From NCBI GenBank assembly GCA_965199805.1, contig CBDATO010000001.1:891264-955263 (forward strand): a DNA stretch of 64,000 nt. Direction: 5' to 3'. Source of the DNA: Frankiaceae bacterium (GTDB taxonomy: Bacteria > Actinomycetota > Actinomycetes > Frankiales > Frankiaceae). Positions 52,893 through 62,627 of this stretch are shown here, in pieces (position 1 is the first letter of the stretch; each line of letters opens with the position of its first letter). The notes below the pieces were generated by a model. That model had not been told where the DNA came from, searched no databases, and was given only the letters and a program-made list of their open reading frames with translations. The position numbers and the translations under genes were made by a program.

Positions 52893-54425
52893 TCAGATCA
52901 CCTCTCGGGGAAGCGTGAAACGAACGTCCTCATCGACGGTGCGGCGTTCGCGCACCGTCACGGGGCCCAGGCCGGACAGCGCCTGCACCACTTCGCTGAT
53001 CAGGTTAGGAGGCGCGGAGGCTCCCGCGGTGAGACCGATGCTGCGCACCCCGCGCAGCCGCTCGAGATCGACCTCGCTCGCGTCGTCGACCATCACGGCC
53101 GCCGCGCCGACGCGTTGCGCCACCTCGACAAGACGGGTCGAGTTGGACGAGTTGGGCGAGCCGACCACGATCACCAGGTCGGTCTCGTCGGCGACCTCAC
53201 GGACCGCCGCCTGCCGGTTGGTGGTCGCGTAACAGATGTCGTCGCTGGGCGGCGCCATCAGGTCGGGGAAGCGGCGGTGCAGCGCCGACGCGATCTGCTG
53301 CGCCTCGTCGACGGCGAGGGTGGTCTGCATGGCGTACGCGAGCTCCACCCCCTCCGGGACCCGGACCGACAGCGCGGCCTCGACGTCTTCGACGACGATG
53401 ACCTGATCCGGAGCCTCACCCACCGTACCGACGACCTCTTCGTGATCGGCGTGGCCGAGCAACAGCACGGTACGGCCGCGCTCGGCCTGGCGCTTGACCT
53501 CCTGGTGCACCTTCGCGACCAACGGGCAGGTCGCGTCGATGAAGCGCAGGCCGCGCTCGATGGCCTCGGACCGCACCTGGGGGGTCACCCCATGCGCAGC
53601 GAAGATCACCTGGGCGCCGTCCGGCACCTCGTTGAGCTCGGTGACGAAGATGGCCCCGCGCTCCTGCAGGTCGCGGACGACGTGCGCGTTGTGGACGATC
53701 TGCCGGCGGACGTACACCGGGGCGCCGAAGCGGTCGATGGCGGCCTTGACCGTGTCGATCGCCCGCTCGACGCCGGCGCAGAACGAGCGCGGCGACGCCA
53801 GCACGATCTCGCGGGCGCCGACGGCCTCGGCCCAGGACTGCAGGATCGGGGCGATCCGGCGCAGGGTGCGCAGGGCGGTGAAGCCGCGCGGAACGATGCC
53901 GGGATGCAGGAGCGGCGCATCGGCGGTGTCGCTGATGCAGCGCACGGCGACGAAGGGCCGGTCGGCGGCGGTGGACGCGACCGCCGCAGCCACCGCGGCC
54001 GTCTCCATGTCGATCGCGAGGACGCCCTCGGCCGCGAGCCGGGCCCGCTCCTGCGCCGTGGTCTTGGGGGCCGCCGCGCTCATCGTGGCGAGCGGCCCGA
54101 CGTGGACGCGCAGACCGGCGCGCCGCAGCGAGGCCGCCAGCAGCGGCGCCGACGGACAGGGGAAGACGCCCGCGTCGCTGCGCACCTCGCTGGCGACGAC
54201 GACGTCACCGGGCATGACGTGCGAGGCGATGCCGCCCGCGACGCCGAGCACCGCGACCGGGCCCTCGCCGGGGCCGAACGCCTCGAAGCTCTTGAGCCGG
54301 CCCGACGCCCGCCGCATGCCCATGCCGGTGCGCAGCACCGTCGAGCCGGACAGCACACGCCGCACCGCGGCGTGCTCGGCACGCAGCGGTGTGAAGACCG
54401 TCAGGTGGGTCGCCGGGTCAGCCAT
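52893..54425 (-). CDS. ispH: fusion protein: hopanoid-associated phosphorylase/nucleosidase HpnG fused to 4-hydroxy-3-methylbut-2-enyl diphosphate reductase IspH
   Basis: 510 aa in one frame with no internal stop. The N-terminal ~190 aa are PNP/UDP-like (AIDMETAAVA). The C-terminal ~315 aa are IspH with all three cluster cysteines (SPRSFCAGV, ATCPLV, DDICYATTNRQ). The ATG at 54425 overlaps the shc stop by 8 nt. Confidence 0.8.
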   Translation of the reverse strand: MADPATHLTVFTPLRAEHAAVRRVLSGSTVLRTGMGMRRASGRLKSFEAFGPGEGPVAVLGVAGGIASHVMPGDVVVASEVRSDAGVFPCPSAPLLAASLRRAGLRVHVGPLATMSAAAPKTTAQERARLAAEGVLAIDMETAAVAAAVASTAADRPFVAVRCISDTADAPLLHPGIVPRGFTALRTLRRIAPILQSWAEAVGAREIVLASPRSFCAGVERAIDTVKAAIDRFGAPVYVRRQIVHNAHVVRDLQERGAIFVTELNEVPDGAQVIFAAHGVTPQVRSEAIERGLRFIDATCPLVAKVHQEVKRQAERGRTVLLLGHADHEEVVGTVGEAPDQVIVVEDVEAALSVRVPEGVELAYAMQTTLAVDEAQQIASALHRRFPDLMAPPSDDICYATTNRQAAVREVADETDLVIVVGSPNSSNSTRLVEVAQRVGAAAVMVDDASEVDLERLRGVRSIGLTAGASAPPNLISEVVQALSGLGPVTVRERRTVDEDVRFTLPREVI

Positions 54426-56358
54426 GGCCGGGCCCTGCATGGTCGGCGGAACCGAGGTAGCGCCCGAGGGCGGACACCGGGAAGACCATGCGGTACAGGT
54501 GGTAATTGATGTAGAAGTCCCCCGGGAAGCCGGTGCCGGTGAACTGCGGCTCGTCCCACGAGCCGTCCTCGCGCTGGGTGGCGGCGAGCCAGGCCACCGC
54601 CCGCTCGACGCTTTCGGTGTCGACCGGGCCCAGCGACGAGCGGTCCCGTCCCGCCAGGCAGGCCAGCAGCGCCCACGCGGTCTGCGACGCCGTCGACTCG
54701 CCGCGCCCGGCCCAGGCCGGGTCGTCGTACGAGCGCATGTCCTCGCCCCAGCCACCGTCGGGGTTCTGGTGGTCGCGCAGCCAGGTGAGTGACCGGGTGA
54801 CCGCCGAGCTGGACGGGCGCACGCCGGCGGCTACCAGGGCGGGCACGACGGCACCGACCCCGTAGACGTAATTGCAACCCCAGCGACCGAACCAGGAGCC
54901 GTCGGCCTCCTGCTCACGCAGCAACCACTCGACCCCGCGCCGGCATGCAGGCGACTCTGCCAGACCTTCGGCCGCCAGCAGCTCAACGACATGGGCCGTG
55001 ACGTCGGCGGACGGCGGGTCGATGACCGCACCGAAGTCGCAGAACGGCAGCTTGTACGCGAGCTCCCGGGTGTTGTCGGCGTCGAAGGCACCCCAGGCGC
55101 CCTTCTTGCACTCCATGCCGAGCAGCCAGTCGACCCCGCGCCGGATGGCCGCCTGACGTGGGTCGTCACGGGGGACGGTGCGGCGCAGCGCCAGCAGCAC
55201 CTCGGCGGTGTCATCCGTATCGGGGTATCCGTCGTTCGCGAACTCGAACGCCCAGCCGCCGGCCGGGGTGTCGGGGCGGCGCACCGCCCAGTCGCCGCGC
55301 ACCCGGATCTCCTCGGCGACCAGCCAGTCGGTCGCGCGGACGAGCACCGGGTCGTCGGCCGGCACGCCGGCGTCGAGCAGGCCGTTCATGGCGAGGGCCG
55401 TGTCCCACACCGGCGACTGGCAGGCCTCGAGCCGGCGCACCATGCCCGACGGGGTCTGCTCCCGGACGAGGAAGCCGTCGAGGCCCTTGAGCCCGGCGAC
55501 CATCGCCGGCGAGTCCAGCGCGTAACCGGACAGATGCAGCGCCAGCAGCGAATAGACCCAGGGCGGCTGGATGCCGCCCCAGCCGCCGTCGGACTCCTGG
55601 CGCGCGAGCACCCATTCCAGGCCCTGCCGGACGGCGAGCTCACGCACGCCCCGCACGGCCCGGCGGGCGTAGGCGTGCAGCACCTTGTCGGCGCGCTGGA
55701 AGGCGCCGCCCCAGGAGCGCACCGGCTGCAGCGGCTCGGCGGGCAGGCCGCTGCGGATCTCGTCGATGCCGAACGGCAACGGCCGCTGCGGGCGCAGGGT
55801 GGCGACGATGGTCAGCGGGACGACGGTCTGGCGGGCCCAGCAGCCCCAGTCGTACAGGTTGAAGGGGAACCACTTCGGCAGGAAGATGAGCTCCGGCGGC
55901 AGGTTGGGCAGCTCGTCCCACGACCAGAGGCCAAAGAGGGCCATCCAGATGCGGGTGAAGACCCGGGACCGTTCGATGCCCCCGCGCTCGAGGATCCAGG
56001 TCTGCGCGCGCTGCATGTGCTCGGCGCCGGGGGCGTCGCCGGCCAGACGCAGGGCCACCCAGGCCTCGACGGTGGTCGACAGGTCACCGGGGCCGCCGTA
56101 GTAATTGGCCCACGTGCCGTCGGCGCGCTGCTGCGAACGGATCCAACGCGCGGCCTCGTCGGTCTCCTGGGCGGTGCGGATGCCGAGGAACTCCCGCAGC
56201 AGCAGGTCCTCGGCGTCCATCGTCACGTTGGTCTCGAGCTCGCCCTTCCACCAGCCGGCGGGGTCCTGATCACGGCGCAGCCAGTCGACGGCGCGCTCGA
56301 GAGCGACGGCTGCGTCGACCTGCACGGCCGGGGACGACTGGTGGGCGAAGGTGGTCAT
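54418..56358 (-). CDS. shc: squalene-hopene cyclase
   Basis: Multiple QW repeats, the DxDDTA catalytic motif (DTDDTAEV), and GGWG repeats. Start chosen at the ATG at 56358; alternatives are 56385 and 56502. Confidence 0.93.
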   Translation of the reverse strand: MTTFAHQSSPAVQVDAAVALERAVDWLRRDQDPAGWWKGELETNVTMDAEDLLLREFLGIRTAQETDEAARWIRSQQRADGTWANYYGGPGDLSTTVEAWVALRLAGDAPGAEHMQRAQTWILERGGIERSRVFTRIWMALFGLWSWDELPNLPPELIFLPKWFPFNLYDWGCWARQTVVPLTIVATLRPQRPLPFGIDEIRSGLPAEPLQPVRSWGGAFQRADKVLHAYARRAVRGVRELAVRQGLEWVLARQESDGGWGGIQPPWVYSLLALHLSGYALDSPAMVAGLKGLDGFLVREQTPSGMVRRLEACQSPVWDTALAMNGLLDAGVPADDPVLVRATDWLVAEEIRVRGDWAVRRPDTPAGGWAFEFANDGYPDTDDTAEVLLALRRTVPRDDPRQAAIRRGVDWLLGMECKKGAWGAFDADNTRELAYKLPFCDFGAVIDPPSADVTAHVVELLAAEGLAESPACRRGVEWLLREQEADGSWFGRWGCNYVYGVGAVVPALVAAGVRPSSSAVTRSLTWLRDHQNPDGGWGEDMRSYDDPAWAGRGESTASQTAWALLACLAGRDRSSLGPVDTESVERAVAWLAATQREDGSWDEPQFTGTGFPGDFYINYHLYRMVFPVSALGRYLGSADHAGPGHG

Positions 56359-56639
56359 GCGTAACGCCCCGAACTGGTTGAGCATCTTGATCCGCGAGCG
56401 GCCGGCATACGCGCCGAGGTGCGGGTCACCGGCTGGTCCCCTTCCGATTCTTCGTACGTCAGCTGCCGGACGTGTAGTAACGGGTCCGGGCATGTAGCGC
56501 AAACGGCGCAGACCCGGGTAGAACAGGAGGCCTCGTTGCCCGTCGCATTGTCTCCTCAGAAGACGCCGGGAACGGCGCCCGACCCCACGTGGCGTCGAAC
56601 TTGCTGAGAAAAACCTGCTTGGAGCCTACGAACTCGCTC
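56359..56639. promoter_or_regulatory. divergent promoter region between shc and hpnC
   Basis: About 280 nt of non-coding, visibly less GC-rich sequence between divergent operons. No specific operator was recognised. Confidence 0.35.
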
Positions 56640-57539
56640 ATGGGTCAGCCCCATTCCCCGGAGCAGGTCTGGCTTTCCTCACGCATTGCGACGCTGACGG
56701 CACGCAGAGCGCAACAAGAGAACTTTCCGGTCGCCAGCCGACTACTGCGAGCGACGACGCGTCAGGACCTGCTGGACATCTACATCGTCGCCCGGCTCAT
56801 CGACGACGTCGGTGACGAGGCGCCCGGAGACCGGCTCGCCCTGCTCGACGTGGTCGACGCCGACCTGCGCCGGCTCCCGGCCGGCGACCCCGAGCTCGCC
56901 CCCGTCGCCGCGCTCGTCACCGCCGTACGCGAGCGGGGACTGCCGACCCGGCCCTTCCACGACCTCGTCGACGCCAACCGCATGGATCAGACCGTGACCC
57001 GCTACGCCGACCTCGAGGCGCTGCGCGGCTACTGCACGCTGTCGGCCAACCCGGTCGGGCGGCTCGTGCTCGCCGTCGGCGGGCTCGACGACGAGCGGCG
57101 CTGCGTCCGGTCCGACGCCGTCTGCACGGGGCTGCAGATCACCGAGCACTTGCAGGACGTCGCCGAGGACCTGCGGGCCGGCCGGATCTACCTGCCGCAG
57201 GACGCCATGGCCCGCCACCGGGTGACGGACACCGAGCTCGCCCGGCCCACCGCCGACCTCACCCCCGCGCAGCGCACCGCCGTCGCCGCGCTGCTCGGCG
57301 AGCTCGCCGGCGTCGCCCGCGGCCTGCTCGCCGAAGCCCGCCCGCTGGCCGCGACGCTGCCGGGCAGCTTGCGCATCGCGGTCGCCGGGTTCGGCGCCGG
57401 CGGCGAGGCGGCGCTCGACGCCGTCGTCGCCGCGGGGGCCGCAGCTGTGCACACCACCCCGCGTCCGGTACGCCACCGCCTGCTGCTGCACACGCTGCGC
57501 ACGGTGGCCGGCGCCGGCCGAGACCGGCGTAGCGCATGA
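56640..57539 (+). CDS. hpnC: squalene synthase HpnC
   Basis: 299 aa. ENFPVASRLL and ARLIDDVGDE (DxxxD) motifs. ATGA overlap with hpnE. Confidence 0.85.
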   Translation: MGQPHSPEQVWLSSRIATLTARRAQQENFPVASRLLRATTRQDLLDIYIVARLIDDVGDEAPGDRLALLDVVDADLRRLPAGDPELAPVAALVTAVRERGLPTRPFHDLVDANRMDQTVTRYADLEALRGYCTLSANPVGRLVLAVGGLDDERRCVRSDAVCTGLQITEHLQDVAEDLRAGRIYLPQDAMARHRVTDTELARPTADLTPAQRTAVAALLGELAGVARGLLAEARPLAATLPGSLRIAVAGFGAGGEAALDAVVAAGAAAVHTTPRPVRHRLLLHTLRTVAGAGRDRRSA

Positions 57540-58978
57540 GCACCCCGGACCAGGCCCAGCGCATCGTCGTCGTCGGCGGAGGTCTCGCCGGGCTCGCGGC
57601 GGCGGTCGAGCTCGCCGACGCCGGCCGCCAGGTGACGCTGCTCGAGTCGCGCCCCCGCCTCGGCGGCGCGACCACCTCCTTCACCCGCGACGGGCTCACC
57701 CTCGACACCGGCCAGCACGTCTTCCTCGGCTGCTGCACCGAGTACCGCGACTTCCTGCGCGTGCTCGGCGTCGACCACCTCACCGACCTGCAGCGCCGGC
57801 TCGACGTGCCGGTCCTGCACACCGAGGACGGCGCCGTACGCACCGCCCGGCTGCGCCGCAGCCGGCTCCCGCTGCCCCCTCCGCTGCACCTGTCGGGCGG
57901 CCTGCTGCGCTACGGCGCGCTGCCGCTGGCCGACCGGATGCGCAGCGTGCCCGCCGTGCTGGCGCTGGCCCGGCTCGACCAGCAGGACCCGGCCGTCGAC
58001 GCCCAGTCCTTCGGCTCCTGGCTCGCCGCCCACGGCCAGCGCCGGGAGAGCTGGCCGGCCCTGTGGGAGCTGCTCACCGTCGCCACGCTGAACGCGTCGG
58101 CGGAGCACGCCAGCCTCGCGCTCGCCGCCAAGGTGGTGCGCACCGGCCTGCTCGAGTCCGCCGACGGCGCCGACATCGGCGTCAGCCGGGTGCCGCTCGG
58201 CAAGCTGCACGGCGCCGCGGCACAGGCCTGGCTGCAGGCGCGGGGCGCGCAGGTGCACACCGGCGTGCGGGTGCGCGAGGTCGCCCGGTCGCCCCAGGGC
58301 TGGACGGTGCGTACGGACGACTCCGGCGAGCTCGCGACGCTGACCGCCGACGCCGTCGTGCTGGCCGTGCCGCACGACGCGGTCGCCGCCCTTGCCCCCG
58401 CCGAGGCCGGGATCGACGCGCAGGCGCTGCACGCGCTGGGCAGCCGCCCGATCGTCAACGTGCACCTGTTCTACGACCGGGTCGTCTGCGACGAGCACCT
58501 GGTCGCCGCGATCGACTCGCCGGCACAGTGGATCTTCGACCGGACCGCGGCCGCCGGCTACCGGGACGGGCAGTACCTGGCGGTCTCGCTGTCGGACGCC
58601 GCCGAGTGGCAGACCCGTACGGCCGCCGAGATCCGGGAGCTCTTCGTCGCCGAGATGGCGCGCCTGCTGCCCCGGGCGCTGCCCGGGCGCGCACGAAAGG
58701 TGCTGGTCACCCGCGAGCCCCACGCGACGTTCGACCAGGGCCCCGGCCAGCTCGCCCGCCGCCCGGCCAACGCCACCCAGGCCCCCGGGCTCCTGATCGC
58801 GGGCACGTGGACCCGCACCGGATGGCCCGCGACGATGGAGAGTGCCGTCCGCAGCGGACGCACGGCCGCGCACGAGCTGCTCGGCCGCCCCGCCGTGCCA
58901 GGATGGGGCATCCCCGCCGACCCCCCGCAGCGTGTGGGGTCGGCTGCACTCGCTGCAGGACCCGAGGAAGGGCGATGA
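57536..58978 (+). CDS. hpnE: hydroxysqualene dehydroxylase HpnE (FAD amine-oxidase fold)
   Basis: 480 aa with dinucleotide motif VVVGGGLAGLAAA. Sits between hpnC and hpnD. Confidence 0.85.
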   Translation: MSTPDQAQRIVVVGGGLAGLAAAVELADAGRQVTLLESRPRLGGATTSFTRDGLTLDTGQHVFLGCCTEYRDFLRVLGVDHLTDLQRRLDVPVLHTEDGAVRTARLRRSRLPLPPPLHLSGGLLRYGALPLADRMRSVPAVLALARLDQQDPAVDAQSFGSWLAAHGQRRESWPALWELLTVATLNASAEHASLALAAKVVRTGLLESADGADIGVSRVPLGKLHGAAAQAWLQARGAQVHTGVRVREVARSPQGWTVRTDDSGELATLTADAVVLAVPHDAVAALAPAEAGIDAQALHALGSRPIVNVHLFYDRVVCDEHLVAAIDSPAQWIFDRTAAAGYRDGQYLAVSLSDAAEWQTRTAAEIRELFVAEMARLLPRALPGRARKVLVTREPHATFDQGPGQLARRPANATQAPGLLIAGTWTRTGWPATMESAVRSGRTAAHELLGRPAVPGWGIPADPPQRVGSAALAAGPEEGR

Positions 58979-59850
58979 CGGCAGGTCAGACCACGCTGGA
59001 CGAGGCATACGCCGAGTGCCGGCGGATCACCCAGGAGCAGGCGCGCAACTTCTCCTACGGCATCCGGTTGCTCCCCGCGCCGAAGCGGTCGGCCCTGTCG
59101 GCCGTCTACGCGGTCGCCCGCCGCGCCGACGACATCGGCGACGACCCCGACCTCGCACCGGAGCTGAAGGTCGAGCGGCTGGCCGAGCTGCGCAAGCAGG
59201 TGAGCGACCTGCCCGCCCACACCAGCGATCCCGTCATGCTCGCGCTCGACGACACCAGCCGGCGCTTCCCCCTGCCGCTCGACGCGCTCGCCGAGCTCAT
59301 CGACGGCATCGAGATGGACGTTCGCGGCACGACCTACACCACGTTCGACGACCTGGTCGTCTACTGCCGCCGGGTCGCCGGCACGGTGGGGCGCCTCTCG
59401 CTGGCCATCTTCGGCCACCGCCCGCACCCCGACGCCTTCGGTCTCGCCGACCGGCTCGGCATCGCCCTGCAGCAGACCAACATCCTGCGCGACGTCCGCG
59501 AGGACCTGACCAACGGCCGGGTCTACCTGCCGGCCGACGACCTCGCGCGCCACGGGGTCACCCTCGAGCTCGACGCGGCGGGCAACCTCTGCGGGCCGGC
59601 GGCACCGTTCGCGGCGATGGTCCAGGACGCCACGGCCCGCGCCGAGTCCTGGTATCGCGACGGCTTCGACCTGCTGGACCTGCTCGACCGGCGCAGCTTC
59701 GCCTGCTGCGCCGCGATGTCCGGCATCTACCACCGGCTGAACGGCGTCCTGGCCGCCGACCCGACCGCCATCCGCTCCGCCCGGATCTCCCTGTCCGGCG
59801 CCGACAAAGCGCGAGTCGCCGTGCGCAGCCTCGCCGGGAAGCGACCATGA
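58975..59850 (+). CDS. hpnD: presqualene diphosphate synthase HpnD
   Basis: 291 aa. ARNFSYGIRLLP, ARRADDIGDD and NILRDVREDL motifs. ATGA overlaps on both sides. Confidence 0.85.
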   Translation: MTAGQTTLDEAYAECRRITQEQARNFSYGIRLLPAPKRSALSAVYAVARRADDIGDDPDLAPELKVERLAELRKQVSDLPAHTSDPVMLALDDTSRRFPLPLDALAELIDGIEMDVRGTTYTTFDDLVVYCRRVAGTVGRLSLAIFGHRPHPDAFGLADRLGIALQQTNILRDVREDLTNGRVYLPADDLARHGVTLELDAAGNLCGPAAPFAAMVQDATARAESWYRDGFDLLDLLDRRSFACCAAMSGIYHRLNGVLAADPTAIRSARISLSGADKARVAVRSLAGKRP

Positions 59851-60911
59851 CTGCAGCCGCCGGCTCCGCCGCGTCCACCACGTCCGACGGGTCCTCCGGC
59901 GGGTCGCCGGCCGTCCTCGGCGAGCTGCGTGACCTCACCGAGCCGGCCATGCGCGCGGCGGTCGGTCGCCTCCACCCGGATCTGGCGAAGGTGGAGTCCT
60001 ACCACCGGGGCTGGACCCAGCTCGACGGCTCCCCCGCGGGCCGGCCCACCGGCAAGGCGATGCGTCCGGCGCTGGCGCTGCTCTCGTCGCGGGCCGTGAA
60101 GGGTCCTGACGCGTACGGCATCGCCTCGGGCGTGACGGTCGAGCTCATCCACGACTTCTCGCTGCTGCACGACGACCTCATGGACGGCGACACCGAGCGC
60201 CGGCACCAGCCGACGGCCTGGATGGCGTACGGCGCCGGCCCGGCGATCCTGTCCGGTGACGCGCTCGTCTCGCTCGCCACACAAATGCTGCTCGACTCCG
60301 GCAGTGCGTCCACCCTCGACGCGATCCGGTTGATGAACCGCTGCCTCGCCGAGTTGATCACCGGGCAGGCCCGTGATCTTGAATTCGAGCACCGCAAGGA
60401 CATTTCCCTGGCCGAATGCAAGGCCATGGCCGACGGCAAGACGGCGGCCCTGCTGGAATGCGCCTCCGCGTTGGGGGCCGTGCTCTCCGGGGCCGAGGCG
60501 GAGCAGGTCGACGCGCTCGGCCGCTTCGGTCGTGAGCTCGGGCTCGCGTTCCAACTCGTCGACGACGTGCTGGGGATCTGGGGCGACAGCGCCGTCACCG
60601 GTAAACCCGTCCTGAACGATCTGCGCTCCCGCAAGAAAACACTCCCGATCACGGCAGCTCTCGAATCGGGCGCCCCCGGGCTCGACGCGTTGCGTGAGCT
60701 GATGTTCGGCGAGATCGACATCGCGTCGGAGGAGCTGCTCGAGGCGGCCGCCCAGCAGCTGTCGGATGCCGGTTTCCGCAAGTGGACGCTGGACGAGGCG
60801 CGTATGCACCTCGCCACGGCCGAGGACCACGCCGCCCGCGTGGGCGCCCCGGCCGACGTCCTCGACGACCTGATCGCGATTGCCCGCTTCAGCGTCTCGC
60901 GTTGGTTCTGA
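59847..60911 (+). CDS. polyprenyl diphosphate synthase (FPP/GGPP synthase family)
   Basis: 354 aa. First Asp-rich motif LLHDDLMD and second FQLVDDVLG. Confidence 0.88.
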   Translation: MTAAAGSAASTTSDGSSGGSPAVLGELRDLTEPAMRAAVGRLHPDLAKVESYHRGWTQLDGSPAGRPTGKAMRPALALLSSRAVKGPDAYGIASGVTVELIHDFSLLHDDLMDGDTERRHQPTAWMAYGAGPAILSGDALVSLATQMLLDSGSASTLDAIRLMNRCLAELITGQARDLEFEHRKDISLAECKAMADGKTAALLECASALGAVLSGAEAEQVDALGRFGRELGLAFQLVDDVLGIWGDSAVTGKPVLNDLRSRKKTLPITAALESGAPGLDALRELMFGEIDIASEELLEAAAQQLSDAGFRKWTLDEARMHLATAEDHAARVGAPADVLDDLIAIARFSVSRWF

Positions 60912-61106
60912 CGTTTAGCGGCTCGAATCCGTCCGATTAACGGCACCTGCGCACGAACGATCGCTCACGCTGCCGCTGCAGGTGAGCGGCCACACCACGC
61001 CGGTTCATCCGATTTGCACCAATCTTCACCTGATCGAGCGTGCTTTGTGACTCAGCGCATAGCGGATTACAGCGGAATGCGTTTCGGATCGGGGCAGTCT
61101 TAACAC

Positions 61107-61460
61107 ATGGCTTCACGACACATTGTTCAGCTTCTCGACGACCTCGACGGTGGAACGGCCGACGAAACGGTTGTCTTCGGCCTCGACGGCCGCTCGTACG
61201 AAATCGATCTGTCCAGCAAGAACGCGGACAAGCTCCGCGAGGCACTGGCCGCCTACGAATCGGCCGGCCGCCCGTTGAGTTCCCGGGAGACGAGCGTCCG
61301 TTCGCGTGGCCGCCGCTCCGGCGCCACCGCGGGTGCCTCGGCCGGTCGCGGCGGCGACGACTCGAGCGTCATCCGCGACTGGGCGGCGAAGAACGGCCAC
61401 CAGGTGAACTCCCGCGGCCGCATCCCTGCCCACGTCCGGCAGGCGTACGAGAGCCGCTGA
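61107..61460 (+). CDS. lsr2: Lsr2-family nucleoid-associated protein (second copy)
   Basis: 117 aa. VQLLDDLDGGTADETVVFGLDGRSYEIDLS and IRDWAAKNGHQVNSRGRIPAHV. Preceded by about 195 nt of less GC-rich sequence. Confidence 0.9.
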   Translation: MASRHIVQLLDDLDGGTADETVVFGLDGRSYEIDLSSKNADKLREALAAYESAGRPLSSRETSVRSRGRRSGATAGASAGRGGDDSSVIRDWAAKNGHQVNSRGRIPAHVRQAYESR

Positions 61461-61463
61461 CGC

Positions 61464-61688
61464 TCAGGCAGCCGCGCTGGTCTCGCTCCGGGCGAGCGCC
61501 CGGCACGACGAGCAGAGCTCGGCCTCGGCGTCACCGGCCGGGAATGCGGTGTCCAGGAACAGGAAGATGACCGGCGCCCCACAGAGGGTGCGGCAGTCGG
61601 AGACCCGCACGGCGTGCAGGACGTCGACGGCCGCGATCCCCCGCGACCGGCACGAGGCGCCGGTGCTGCCGACGATGAGAGCGCTCAC
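61464..61688 (-). CDS. small cysteine-rich hypothetical protein
   Basis: 74 aa with a GTG start. Nearly all third codon positions are G/C. Five Cys, including CxxxC and CxxC. Lies 32 nt downstream of the LLM oxidoreductase. No family recognised. Confidence 0.45.
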   Translation of the reverse strand: MSALIVGSTGASCRSRGIAAVDVLHAVRVSDCRTLCGAPVIFLFLDTAFPAGDAEAELCSSCRALARSETSAAA

Positions 61689-61720
61689 ACGCCTTACATC
61701 GGCAGGTGTGCGTCCGGAGT

Positions 61721-62599
61721 TCAGGTCTGCAGTGGAGCCAGTTCGCGTACGAAGTCGTCGAGGAAATCGTCGGAGCCGTCGAGGCCGGCCGGGCGCACCA
61801 CGAATTTGCTCAGCCCGGCCTCGACGTAACGGCCGATGAGGTCACGCGCCGCGTCCCAGCCCTGCGGGATGAGGTCCTCGAGCGGCGCGTCGCCGCGGCG
61901 CTGCTTCACGGCCGTGACGAGCAGCTCGGGCAGCTCGCCGAACGCGACCGGGACGCTGATGCCGTAGTGGTCGGGGTCGACCTCGCGCCCGGCCTCGGCC
62001 GCCGTGCGCGTGATGACCTCGATGCCCGCCGCGGCCTCGTCGGGCGTGATGAAGCTGGCGAGCCAGCCGTCGCCGTACCGCCCGATACGCTTCAGGCCGG
62101 CCTCGGCGCTGCCGCCGAGCCAGATGTCGAGCGGGGTGTCGGGCAGGTCGCCGACGCTCGCGCCCTCGACGTCGAAGAACTCGCCGTGGAAGTCGACCTC
62201 CGGCTCGCGCAGCAGCCGGCGGATGAGCTCGAGCGACTCGTCGAACACCGCCCCGCGCTTGCCCTCGGGCACCGGGAAGGCCGCCCGCTCCTGCTTGCGC
62301 GCCGGTGACAGGCCGAACACCGGCAGCACCCGCTTGGGCGCGAGCCGGGCCAGGGACGCCAGCTGCTTGGCGACGAGGATCGGCGACCGGCCGGGCAGGA
62401 CGGCCACGCCGGTGCCGACCTTGAGCTTGCTGGTGCGCGACAGCGCGTACGACATGCCGATGAACGGCTCGATCAGCGGCGAGTAGACGAGCTCCGAGAG
62501 CCAGAGCGAGTCGATCCCCCGCTCCTCGAGCTCGTCGACGTGCGCGGCGAACCGCGCCGGGTCGGAGCCGGTGAGCGAGACGCCGATACGAACCTTCAC
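61721..62599 (-). CDS. LLM-class (luciferase-like) F420-dependent oxidoreductase
   Basis: 292 aa TIM-barrel LLM pattern (GIDSLWLSE...VGTGVAVLPGRSP...WLGG). Confidence 0.8.
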   Translation of the reverse strand: MKVRIGVSLTGSDPARFAAHVDELEERGIDSLWLSELVYSPLIEPFIGMSYALSRTSKLKVGTGVAVLPGRSPILVAKQLASLARLAPKRVLPVFGLSPARKQERAAFPVPEGKRGAVFDESLELIRRLLREPEVDFHGEFFDVEGASVGDLPDTPLDIWLGGSAEAGLKRIGRYGDGWLASFITPDEAAAGIEVITRTAAEAGREVDPDHYGISVPVAFGELPELLVTAVKQRRGDAPLEDLIPQGWDAARDLIGRYVEAGLSKFVVRPAGLDGSDDFLDDFVRELAPLQT

Positions 62600-62627
62600 G
62601 CTCCGAGCCTAGGCCCGCGTCCGGTGC

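Noticed and set aside
57188-59008. 606-aa minus-strand ORF
   Set aside because: It is antisense to hpnE and hpnC, which carry clear FAD and squalene-synthase motifs.
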